Source: a virus. From it: DNA of 64,000 bases. The notes beneath the pieces were generated by a model. That model made no database searches, had not been told where the DNA came from, and saw only the letters and a program-made list of their open reading frames with translations. Of this stretch, positions 48,869 through 57,693 are shown one piece after another. How positions within the stretch are numbered: position 1 is the first letter of the stretch; the number at the start of each line of letters is the position of its first letter. The stretch is taken from the IMG/VR virus record IMGVR_UViG_3300013126_000014, positions 1 to 64,000 of that record, one strand, 5' to 3'. The translations under genes were made by a program, and so were the position numbers.

Positions 48869-48924
48869 GGTTTTAGCTCAATAAATAATAAGGTATATCA
48901 ATTATATTTATAGGATTCAAATCC

Positions 48925-49773
48925 ATGTCTGTAAACAATATTAACCCATTGGTTAAACATTTCCGCCAACCAGCAATTTATTTTAGCTTACCTAGCCAGG
49001 GAAATTTTTGGCCCGAAGGATCGCTGGAACTTCCAGTCACCGGTGAAATTCCAATTTATCCAATGACTGCCAAAGATGAAATTATATTACGCACCCCAGA
49101 TGCACTATTAAATGGGCAAGGGGTAGTTGATGTTATACATAGCTGTTGTCCAAACATTAAAGATGCATGGTCTATGCCTAGCATCGATGTTGACCCTGTG
49201 TTAATAGCGATTCGTATTGCCAGTTATGGTCCCGATATGGATTTTGATATAGAATGTCCTCATTGTAATCATACCCATAGTGTTTCAGTTACATTAAGTT
49301 CAGTGTTGGAGAAATTTGTACCTGGTGATTATACTAAAAAGATTAACACACACGAAATTACTATTAAATTAAAACCACATGCATATTTTAGCGTTAACAA
49401 AAGAAATCAAATATCGTTTGAAGAGCAGCGTATCCTTGATGCTATTGCAAACAGCGACTTAACTGACGAGCAAAAAACCGATGAATACAATAAACACTTG
49501 GCTAGAATCGTAGACCTTAATGTTGACATGTTAGTAAACAGTACTGACTACATCGAAACTACAGATGGTGCTGTGGTTAATCGGGCAGATTTTATTAAGG
49601 AATTTTATATCAATTGCACTAGCGAAATTGTTCATACTGTGCAAAAATCTATTGACAATATTTTAGAATCTTCGGGCCTAGCATCACAAGTAGGGGTTTG
49701 TCCTGGTTGCAAAAAAGAATACACTGTCCCAATTACTTTTGACTACGCAAATTTTTTCGGCAAAGGCTCTTGA
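48925..49773 (+). CDS. baseplate hub / tail assembly chaperone (gp26-like)
   Basis: LPSQG.FWP, PMTAKDEI....PDALLNG, D..LIAIRIASYG, two CxxC pairs, ends FDYANFF. Confidence 0.8.
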   Translation: MSVNNINPLVKHFRQPAIYFSLPSQGNFWPEGSLELPVTGEIPIYPMTAKDEIILRTPDALLNGQGVVDVIHSCCPNIKDAWSMPSIDVDPVLIAIRIASYGPDMDFDIECPHCNHTHSVSVTLSSVLEKFVPGDYTKKINTHEITIKLKPHAYFSVNKRNQISFEEQRILDAIANSDLTDEQKTDEYNKHLARIVDLNVDMLVNSTDYIETTDGAVVNRADFIKEFYINCTSEIVHTVQKSIDNILESSGLASQVGVCPGCKKEYTVPITFDYANFFGKGS

Positions 49774-49988
49774 AGCTTAGTGCAGCAGAGATCGAAAAAG
49801 TTTTAAACGATCTCGAAAAAGACACAAGGGCCTTAAAAGAAGAAGCACTGCATATTTCATGGTATATGAGGGGTGGTATCAGCTACGACGATGCTATGTT
49901 ACTGTGTGTTGCAGAAAGAGAAATTATTAATAAAATTATCAAAGAGAATCTAGAAACAACTAAAAAATCTGGATTACCATTCTTCTAA
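49770..49988 (+). CDS. baseplate/tail assembly catalyst-like protein, probably the -1 frameshift extension of the upstream gene
   Basis: WYMRGGISYDDAM.L...ERE.I..IIKEN; only a TTG start; its frame is open back to T TTT TTC at 49752-49758. Confidence 0.7.
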   Translation: MKLSAAEIEKVLNDLEKDTRALKEEALHISWYMRGGISYDDAMLLCVAEREIINKIIKENLETTKKSGLPFF

Positions 49989-50076
49989 TTATCGTGTGTT
50001 ATTAATCAGATCCCTTAGACTCTAAATAACTAACCCACTGTAGCAATACAGCGTTGGTAATATAGGAGTCCTATTA

Positions 50077-50310
50077 ATGGAAATCTTAACAAAAGTGAAA
50101 AGTTGGGCAAATGCCCTTGCAGATGCGTTAGTTAGCGTTTTGGCCCTAGCTATCGTTCTAGAAGTATTGTTCAAGGGAGCAGCTGTCCCATTTCTACCAG
50201 CAACAGATGTAATTGGTTCAGTTACAGCAATCATTAAAACACTAGGTGGTGAAGGTGTTGTTGGGTTAGTAGCTTTATGGGTACTATATTCAATTTGGAA
50301 GAACAAATAA
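50077..50310 (+). CDS. small membrane protein (two hydrophobic segments)
   Basis: 77 aa; late box 50023-50028, RBS TAGGAG and own terminator. Confidence 0.8.
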   Translation: MEILTKVKSWANALADALVSVLALAIVLEVLFKGAAVPFLPATDVIGSVTAIIKTLGGEGVVGLVALWVLYSIWKNK

Positions 50311-50334
50311 TTTAATTGTTTTTTGATTTCAAGA

Positions 50335-50365
50335 AAGGGCATAGTTAACTCTATGCTCTTTTTTA
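50335..50365 (+). terminator. rho-independent terminator
   Basis: AAGGGCATAG-TTAACT-CTATGCTCTT followed by a T run. Confidence 0.8.
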
Positions 50366-50379
50366 TTCTCTACTGCTTT

Positions 50380-50830
50380 AAGATGTCTACGACATCTGCG
50401 TTATCGCTATCGCTCAACGCTTTTTTTCTAATTTAAGATTACTCTAAATTATTTTGATTTATTGTAAGTCTTTAAGTGCTTCATCTAGATTTGGTCATAC
50501 TTCACCTATCCGCAGGCAAAGTATGAGACAGGACTTCATCTGAGTCGACAGTCATACTAACTAAAGGAGATTGTTTCACAACACGGAGGCGGTCATCCGG
50601 TACCCCCTACTCCAGCTTCAAAATGACGGGTGCTGTATAGCCGTAGTTAGCCAACTATACGAGTCACGTAGGTTGTATCTTTTTCACAGAGCCTACATCT
50701 TTCGGCTTTTATGCCTAATTGATTTTACGTCAATGCCATTCAGTGTGTAGTCTACTCTACACGTTCCATGTGCGGCCATTACGCGAGCACAATCACCTCT
50801 GAATACAGTTTAAACTGCGATTGCGGCTGT
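50380..50830 (-). ncRNA. putative large structured non-coding RNA (or structured DNA element)
   Basis: About 450 nt without a credible ORF, containing at least nine inverted repeats. Strand inferred from G-U pairs and the upstream gene. Confidence 0.55.
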
Positions 50831-50831
50831 T

Positions 50832-51269
50832 TTACTTCTTTATTACTAAATCTTTTACGGAATTTTTGCCTAGTTTGATTTGAATGATGCCATTATAGTT
50901 GTTTTCACGTAGTAGCACATCTTCTTTAAATTGATAATATGCTTCTAAATAATTTGTTTCACCACGTGAGCTACACAAATGTATGATTTCGCGAGTAAAC
51001 TTGTCTTTGCCATGAGTGTCGATATCAGCCTGTAGTCTTGGACTAGATCCCCAGTAGGTCTTCCAATCTGTTTCTACCGTTTCACGACGTTTGTTTTTCT
51101 TGCCTTTTAGAGGTGGTCTCTTTTTGATCGTGGTAAAATATTTGCGGCCAATATAGTCATGACCATTTAGTGTGTTTGTAATTCTATAGATGAAACCATA
51201 ATAAGTGCCGATATCCTCAGACTCAAATGCTACACCGTTATAAGTCCAAGGATGATCGTATGATGCCAT
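50832..51269 (-). CDS. stand-alone GIY-YIG nuclease domain protein
   Basis: GFIYRITN..NG..YIGRK, DWKTYWGSS, F.REII.LC, YLE, YNG.I; no DNA-binding tail. Confidence 0.85.
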   Translation of the reverse strand: MASYDHPWTYNGVAFESEDIGTYYGFIYRITNTLNGHDYIGRKYFTTIKKRPPLKGKKNKRRETVETDWKTYWGSSPRLQADIDTHGKDKFTREIIHLCSSRGETNYLEAYYQFKEDVLLRENNYNGIIQIKLGKNSVKDLVIKK

Positions 51270-51277
51270 AATGCTAT

Positions 51278-51469
51278 TTATTTTGCTGCCTTAGCTGCAT
51301 TCTTCTTTTCTTGAATTTCTGCACGTCTTGCTTTAGTTAGTTTACCTAAGTCACCTAGCGCACCGCGAGCACGTGTACCTGCTGCGCCTACACCTTTGCC
51401 TTCAAATTTTTCATTTTCTGCTAGGTATGCTTCATATGCTGCTACAATTTGTTCATGTGTTGTTGCCAT
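51278..51469 (-). CDS. small basic histone H1-like (Hc1-type) DNA-binding protein
   Basis: KF..KG..AAGTRAR.AL..L.KL.KARRAEIQE.KN pattern. Confidence 0.7.
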   Translation of the reverse strand: MATTHEQIVAAYEAYLAENEKFEGKGVGAAGTRARGALGDLGKLTKARRAEIQEKKNAAKAAK

Positions 51470-51480
51470 TTTACTTCTCC

Positions 51481-51648
51481 TTAGTGTTTAATCATTGCTT
51501 GTTTACGAGCAATCTCGTTACGAATCTTTGCTTTGTTCTTTTTTTGTGCTGTCTTTTCAAACAAAGTTTCTAATTGGTTAATGTTTAGCGGACCTAGTCT
51601 AGGTTTACCGGTACGAGTCTGCATGGGGTTTGCTTTTTTAATTGCCAT
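51481..51648 (-). CDS. small basic hypothetical protein (not in the ORF track)
   Basis: RBS AAAGGAG then MAIKKANPMQTRTGKPRLGPLNINQLETLFEKTAQKKNKAKIRNEIARKQAMIKH*. Confidence 0.7.
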   Translation of the reverse strand: MAIKKANPMQTRTGKPRLGPLNINQLETLFEKTAQKKNKAKIRNEIARKQAMIKH

Positions 51649-51663
51649 AACTACTCCTTTGTG

Positions 51664-52245
51664 TTATTTACTGCTAAAGTTCACGTATAAAATAATTTCT
51701 TCTACACAGGTATTTGTTTGTATTGTGGTAGAATATCTGATAAAATTTGCTAGGTCTCCACAATCTACGCCGTTTCCAGTCCAGGTTGTTCGAGATCTAG
51801 ATAGTTCAGTATCTAATCTATCTGGCGTAATTAAGGTAGTTTTAAATTTTACCAAATCATTTTTAAATGCCATTGTACATTGTCGACTAGCATGTGCCAG
51901 CGCAGATTTTGCCACGCGATATGTTTCAAATCTTGGTTCAGGAGCCACAATGTGGTCAGCCCCAACGCTGCCTATGTTAAAAATCCAACCTTGTTTATTA
52001 TGTTCCTTCCAAAGATTATAAACTTCTAATAATACCTGTACTTGTCCAAAATTTGCCCATTCTTCTTGTGGCGGCCCATCAAAGGCATTATTTACAAATA
52101 CGTCATAATCTAAACTTTTCTCAGCAACGGCTTTGGGATTTATAGCAATATCATATCCGTCGTTACGGCTAATACTGTCTCCGTGAAACCTTGCGACTAG
52201 CTCTTGACCTAATCCTCTGTTACCGCCTGTTATTAAAAATCTCAT
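51664..52245 (-). CDS. short-chain dehydrogenase/reductase
   Basis: LITGGNRGLG, DVFVNNA, IFNIGS, YRVAK (YxxxK); start re-called at MRFLITGG (ATGA overlap). Confidence 0.88.
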   Translation of the reverse strand: MRFLITGGNRGLGQELVARFHGDSISRNDGYDIAINPKAVAEKSLDYDVFVNNAFDGPPQEEWANFGQVQVLLEVYNLWKEHNKQGWIFNIGSVGADHIVAPEPRFETYRVAKSALAHASRQCTMAFKNDLVKFKTTLITPDRLDTELSRSRTTWTGNGVDCGDLANFIRYSTTIQTNTCVEEIILYVNFSSK

Positions 52246-53342
52246 AAATTCTGATCCCACACTTTAGTTAATTTTGTGCCGCATGTCATAGCACACTCAA
52301 ATATACGTCCTTCTGCTAAACTCTTAGACCAACTATCTGTTACGTGTTGCCAAAATGGATTATTAAAAATTTCTTCTAAAGTTCTGTTATTGATGTTTAA
52401 ATTTTCTTTTCCGTAAAAGTCTACAATACTTTGTATTTGATTGCGACCATTAGATAAACTCAATCGATTGGCTCCAGGTAAACTACCGTCGTGGAATCTA
52501 GCATCATAAAGATTGTGTGTAAAGAAATTACAAGGCAATACTAACCCTTCTGCGCTGATAATTACTTTACGACCTAATAGAGCATCGCAACGTATTTTGG
52601 TAGCGTTAAAATACTCCTCTACGTCTGTGTATTCTTTCTTAAGCTCTACTAACTTTAACATACTACGGTTTCGAAATGCTAGATTTTTTGGAGGTCTTAG
52701 TTCGTATCCCGGCGCAGGCCAGCTGGGCATCTCTTCAACGGCAGTGTGATTAAAAAATCTACCTGTACTTCTTGGTAAGAAACTTTCAAAGCCCATGTCA
52801 ACACTTAGTTGTCGTGCTTCTTCAACTTGATGTTCATTATGCTCGAATACAATAAAATTCCACTGTGCTTTACCTCCGGCACGTATAAATGCCTGTGCAT
52901 TTTCTATCACACGATCAAAATTTACATTTCTGCGATACAGATGATTGGTGTCAGATAGACCATCGATGCCAAAATCTATCTTACCGTAACCATTTAAAAC
53001 TTGTGCTAATTCTGTCCACCATTCTGTGTTTCTGATTCCGCCATTGGTATGTATGTACAGCCAAACAGTGGGGGATTTTTTTCGAAAATCTTTGAGGATA
53101 TCTAAGAATTTGTGATGTGCAATTGGATCACCATAACTACCACAAAAGAATATCTGTCTTAGTCGACATACTAGCTCCTTAGGAAATGCGCGATCTATAA
53201 TACTTTGATCAATGCTAGTTAAGGGCATGTAAGGATTTACCCCCTTGCCAAGATTGTTACGGGGGCATTGAGGACAAGCAGCGTTACATAAACTTGTAAT
53301 CTCAATTTGATACTCGTCTATGATATTATAATCAAACAACAT
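52242..53342 (-). CDS. radical SAM protein with C-terminal Cys-rich (SPASM/twitch-like) region
   Basis: CNAACPQC (CxxxCxxC), CGSYGDP, HTNGG, FGIDG, LPC, CAMTCG. Confidence 0.9.
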   Translation of the reverse strand: MLFDYNIIDEYQIEITSLCNAACPQCPRNNLGKGVNPYMPLTSIDQSIIDRAFPKELVCRLRQIFFCGSYGDPIAHHKFLDILKDFRKKSPTVWLYIHTNGGIRNTEWWTELAQVLNGYGKIDFGIDGLSDTNHLYRRNVNFDRVIENAQAFIRAGGKAQWNFIVFEHNEHQVEEARQLSVDMGFESFLPRSTGRFFNHTAVEEMPSWPAPGYELRPPKNLAFRNRSMLKLVELKKEYTDVEEYFNATKIRCDALLGRKVIISAEGLVLPCNFFTHNLYDARFHDGSLPGANRLSLSNGRNQIQSIVDFYGKENLNINNRTLEEIFNNPFWQHVTDSWSKSLAEGRIFECAMTCGTKLTKVWDQNL

Positions 53343-55107
53343 CTACGTCCGTGTTATAGGTAGTGAACCCGTTTTCTTTAACTACCGTAAGGATATTATT
53401 TACACGCCCTGCTAGTTCATCTTTGTGGCTAACTAACCATACACTCTTGTTGTTGTCACGGGTCATTTTCTTAAGAATAGCCAGTGCGTTTTCTACCCCG
53501 CTGCTATCCATGCCACTATCAACTAATTCGTCAATGAATAACAAATTAATAGGTTGATATAAACTTTCCCACACATCACGGAATGCCCACGACAGTGAAA
53601 GAATAAGTCGATTGCGCTCACCACGCGATAGATTATCAAAATCTAGTTCGCGTCCTAGTTCTTGTATTTCTACATTTAGGTCATTTAAGAATTTAACTTC
53701 ATGCGGTAATCCAATTTTTTCTAAGTAATAGCTTAGTCGAGCATTTAAGTAACTTAAATTTTGGTCAATGATACGTTTACGTATATAACTGTCTTTATTC
53801 GTAAGCAACTTGTATAAGAATTCTTGGTGTTCGCGTACACGCACTAACTCGTTCATAGTAGTGTAGTCAATTTCAGCAAGGGCTGTGTCTTTCATTTCTT
53901 CAATCTGTTCAGTATAAGGATCTGTTTCGATACGCTTTGCTTCTAGTTGTGTTTGCAAACTAGCTACAGTTGAGCGATGATGAATGGCGTCTTCTTCTTG
54001 GTCGTAAAACACCTTAGGTTGTTGGCCTAGCTCACCTAATTCTTTAAGAGCGTCGTTGTTCTGTATTAATTGAGTTTGTGTGCTCATGTACTGTAACGCG
54101 GCTTCTTTTAATGCTTCTTCTTTGGACTGTAAAACTTCTTCGTGTTTAGTGTCGTGCATAGTTTGACCACAGGCGTAACACTTGTGTTCTTTAAGATCGG
54201 CAAGTTCTGTCTCTAATTTAGTAATTGCTTTTTCTTCTTTAATCATATCCTGTTCGCAGCGCAAGATATATTTCTTTAACTCGTCAATGTCTTTGCGCTT
54301 TTGGTTATATGTAGTTAATGCTTTGTGCGCAGAAATTTCACTATCAATATCAATATGCGATAATTCGTTTATAGCTGTTTCTAGTCTAGCAACATCTTCG
54401 GTATGTTTATTGCGCCACATGGTCTGTCTACGTTCTAAACTAACAATTTGCTCTTTGATACGCTCGTTAGCTTCCTGAATTGCTTTAATTTTGTATTCTT
54501 CAGCGGTAATAGCATCACGACTTGCTTTTTGTTGTTCTTTTAATGCTTCTGCTTTTTCACTTAGTAATGTAATACCAAGTAACTGCTCAATGATAGCACG
54601 CTGGTCACCTGATTTTAAACTTAAGAACGGTTCAGTATAGGTGTTAAGTGCCACAATGTGTTTAAACATATCATGCGTCATGCCCAACAAACGTTCAATT
54701 TCGGCTTGTGTTTCGCGACTGTCGCCCTGACTATTGTCGTCTTTTGATTCTTGTTCGATATCGCCAATATAAAACTTCATTACATTTGACTTGCGACCGC
54801 GCTCAATTTTATAGTCAATACCATTAACTTCAAATTCAATAGTAACTAACATATTTTTGCCGTTAGTTTTATTAATCAAATTATCTTTGCGTATGTTGGT
54901 TAATGCATTACCGTACAAGGCATATGATAGTGCATTAATGATAGTAGTTTTGCCAGTACCATTGCGTGCACCGCTATCATCTCCACCTAGATCGATGTTC
55001 TCACCCAAAACTAATGTTAGATCTTTACGATCAAAGTTAACGGCCTGTGTAGCATTACCTACACTCATAAAATTGCGAACTGTAAGATGTTTTATTTTAA
55101 AACTCAT
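53332..55107 (-). CDS. gp46: recombination exonuclease ATPase subunit (gp46/SbcC/Rad50-like)
   Basis: NGTGKTT Walker A, coiled coil with CYAC zinc hook, LSRGE signature, LFIDE Walker B, VSH. Confidence 0.95.
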   Translation of the reverse strand: MSFKIKHLTVRNFMSVGNATQAVNFDRKDLTLVLGENIDLGGDDSGARNGTGKTTIINALSYALYGNALTNIRKDNLINKTNGKNMLVTIEFEVNGIDYKIERGRKSNVMKFYIGDIEQESKDDNSQGDSRETQAEIERLLGMTHDMFKHIVALNTYTEPFLSLKSGDQRAIIEQLLGITLLSEKAEALKEQQKASRDAITAEEYKIKAIQEANERIKEQIVSLERRQTMWRNKHTEDVARLETAINELSHIDIDSEISAHKALTTYNQKRKDIDELKKYILRCEQDMIKEEKAITKLETELADLKEHKCYACGQTMHDTKHEEVLQSKEEALKEAALQYMSTQTQLIQNNDALKELGELGQQPKVFYDQEEDAIHHRSTVASLQTQLEAKRIETDPYTEQIEEMKDTALAEIDYTTMNELVRVREHQEFLYKLLTNKDSYIRKRIIDQNLSYLNARLSYYLEKIGLPHEVKFLNDLNVEIQELGRELDFDNLSRGERNRLILSLSWAFRDVWESLYQPINLLFIDELVDSGMDSSGVENALAILKKMTRDNNKSVWLVSHKDELAGRVNNILTVVKENGFTTYNTDVDVV

Positions 55108-56120
55108 AGGTGTCTATAGATATCCAATAATAATTTAGGTTCGTAGTGATCTGAGTTAATATTTGTAAGATTATTAGTAACGATAGTGTCAATACTTTCA
55201 AATTGCACGTTACCTAAAACAATATCTTGACCAATATCTGTGTGTTTAACAGGAATCAATGTTAACTCCCGTAAGTTGTATGTACCAACAAAAGTTTCTT
55301 TAATAAATGTTGCTTCTTCGTAAGTAATATCAATGTCTATATTAACACGGGTGTGCATGTCTTTTAATAATAACGCTTCTGGAGTGCGCAGAACATCACT
55401 TAGATTGTATACACGATATTTGGGCTGATCGGGCCAACTATAGAATTCTGCTTCTTTGCCCCACTCTAAGACCATCATACCTCGCTCGTCGTCGCCTGCG
55501 TCGGCATAATTGTGCGGGAAACAATTACCAATGTAAGTAATATTTTTAGCTGTCTGACGTTTATGAAAGTGTCCGCTGAACACATGATCGATATGGCCAA
55601 AGTTTTCACTACGCAATTCACCATGCTCTGGCATCTGTACCATAGCATTCATGTAGAAATGCGGCAGTTCGAAGTGCCCAAACATATACTTGGCATTTAG
55701 TTTGCCAATGCGCTTATGATCATCACCCACAAGCCAAGGAGCGATGACAACATCGCTATCAACAAACCAATCATTAACAATTCTGACATTAGGTAAGTGC
55801 CTTGCCCATTCCACGCTTTGAATATCTCTTTTGTCGCGATAATAAAGATCGTGATTACCAGGAATGAAATAAACAACATCAAAAGCATCATTTAATAACT
55901 CCAGTGCTCGTAAGCTGTAGTTGAGTGTGACTATGTTAATTGCCGCACGGTTGTTGTGCCAGTCACCTAAGAAGAAACAGGTCTCGCAACCTTCTTCTTT
56001 TGCTTTCAAAATAAACCAACGAACAAAATTTAAACAGTCGTCGTTGTGTGTTTGACTGTTGGACTTTAACCCAAAATGGATATCGGTAAGAACCGCTGCT
56101 TTTTTAAATAAATTTGCCAT
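55104..56120 (-). CDS. gp47: recombination nuclease subunit (gp47/SbcD/Mre11-like)
   Basis: TDIHFG, LGDWH, GNHD, GHF, SGHFH metallophosphoesterase motifs; start re-called at MANLFKK. Confidence 0.95.
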   Translation of the reverse strand: MANLFKKAAVLTDIHFGLKSNSQTHNDDCLNFVRWFILKAKEEGCETCFFLGDWHNNRAAINIVTLNYSLRALELLNDAFDVVYFIPGNHDLYYRDKRDIQSVEWARHLPNVRIVNDWFVDSDVVIAPWLVGDDHKRIGKLNAKYMFGHFELPHFYMNAMVQMPEHGELRSENFGHIDHVFSGHFHKRQTAKNITYIGNCFPHNYADAGDDERGMMVLEWGKEAEFYSWPDQPKYRVYNLSDVLRTPEALLLKDMHTRVNIDIDITYEEATFIKETFVGTYNLRELTLIPVKHTDIGQDIVLGNVQFESIDTIVTNNLTNINSDHYEPKLLLDIYRHL

Positions 56121-56142
56121 AACAATAGTATAACAGTTCCTA

Positions 56143-57693
56143 TTAATTAATTCCAATGATTTTGAGTAATCTTGCTCTGCAGGTTTCTGTTTTAATCCCG
56201 TTTTCCCAAAGCAATCCTCGATAGTGATCGCCGTGTTCGCATATATCTAAAATTTCCTCGTGGGTCATTCCTAGTGCCCTCATATCTGCGTATCTTGTAA
56301 AAAACACATTAACTTTACTAAGATTTGCTTTTTTTACAAAGTCGGCAGCCTCACTAAATGTTAATCCTACGTTAGACACCCATTCTTTTATGTTAATAAA
56401 TTTATAACCGTACTTGGCATTATTCGTACTGATAGCACTTGCCCGCTCTAATTTTTTAAGCATAGGAGCGTCGTCTTTAGCAACTTCGAGGTAGTGCCAA
56501 ATTACTGCGTGCATAAGGTCTGTGCTTTCTAACCAAGCATCGGTCTCTAGTAGACTTTCTAATGGTTCATGAGGTAATCCAGCAATAAAAAAACCGTGTA
56601 TGAGGATTTGATTATCCCATATTTTTTTAAGCATTTCTAACGTTTCAATGATACGTTTTTTACCTACTCCTTTGCCTACACTCTGACCTGCCTTGTCATG
56701 CAACGTCTCAACTCCAAAACTAGCTGCACGCCATCCGCTATCTAATAGCATCTGCGCCTGATCGGGTCTATTCCAAATTAAATCCAATCGTAAATAGCCA
56801 GCAAGTTGCGGTTTGAACGGTAGTCGATTCCAGCATTTCTCGTAGAGCTCTTTAACCTTTGTTCGATCGTCGTTGTACAAATCATCCATGATAACAAAAT
56901 TAGTAGTGCCATATTTGTTATACATTTTAGTAATTTCTTCTCGTAGGTAGCTGGGGTTAACATAATTATCAGTAACCCCTTTCATGTCGTAATTACAAAA
57001 CGCACATTTAAATGCGCATCCTCGACTGACTTCAATAGGTAGCCATTCGTGTGATTCAATATAGTCAGTGTCAGTGTATTCTATAAAACTAAATTTAAAA
57101 TCAGTTAAATCGTAATCGTCATTTGATGGCAAATCCGTTGTATTAAAATCCCCTCGATCTAATCTTCGAGTGTATTCTAACAGCGCCAGTTCAGCATTAT
57201 GTTTGATATATGTTGCTTCGGGTACTAAGTGTTTGGAAGTAAAAAACGGGTTTCTGCTAAGAATACTACCACCAAACACCAACTGGCACTGCGGGTTGTA
57301 TTCTTTAGCGATTGACCAAATATCTCTGAATGTCTCAGTGTCATATATACATCCTAGATATTTCTTTTTATCAATATGGTCAGTATAAAACCAACTCCAA
57401 ATTGGATCGTCAATTAGTAACTTATCCTCAGTCCATTGATCATAATATGGTTGATCTTTAATACCTGGAAGCCAGTTTGTACTGAACCCTACCCACAACA
57501 AATTTTCGCTAGCATACCTGCGCATGACCTGTTCGTAACCTTTGCGAGTCAATGCAGTACAGTTAGGAATTACCTGTACATTGTATCCGTGGTGCCTTAG
57601 GTACGATGCTAGTTTATAAGGCCCGCACGGTCTATTGTACCAATAGATATCATGCGACATTCCTACAAATAGGATAGCCTGCGGCTTAGTCAT
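56143..57693 (-). CDS. radical SAM protein with N-terminal cobalamin-binding-like domain
   Basis: GPYKLASYLR..GY.V, VFGG, EVSRGCAFKCAFC, MDD, SFGVET, FIAGLPHE; start re-called at MTKPQ. Confidence 0.85.
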   Translation of the reverse strand: MTKPQAILFVGMSHDIYWYNRPCGPYKLASYLRHHGYNVQVIPNCTALTRKGYEQVMRRYASENLLWVGFSTNWLPGIKDQPYYDQWTEDKLLIDDPIWSWFYTDHIDKKKYLGCIYDTETFRDIWSIAKEYNPQCQLVFGGSILSRNPFFTSKHLVPEATYIKHNAELALLEYTRRLDRGDFNTTDLPSNDDYDLTDFKFSFIEYTDTDYIESHEWLPIEVSRGCAFKCAFCNYDMKGVTDNYVNPSYLREEITKMYNKYGTTNFVIMDDLYNDDRTKVKELYEKCWNRLPFKPQLAGYLRLDLIWNRPDQAQMLLDSGWRAASFGVETLHDKAGQSVGKGVGKKRIIETLEMLKKIWDNQILIHGFFIAGLPHEPLESLLETDAWLESTDLMHAVIWHYLEVAKDDAPMLKKLERASAISTNNAKYGYKFINIKEWVSNVGLTFSEAADFVKKANLSKVNVFFTRYADMRALGMTHEEILDICEHGDHYRGLLWENGIKTETCRARLLKIIGIN

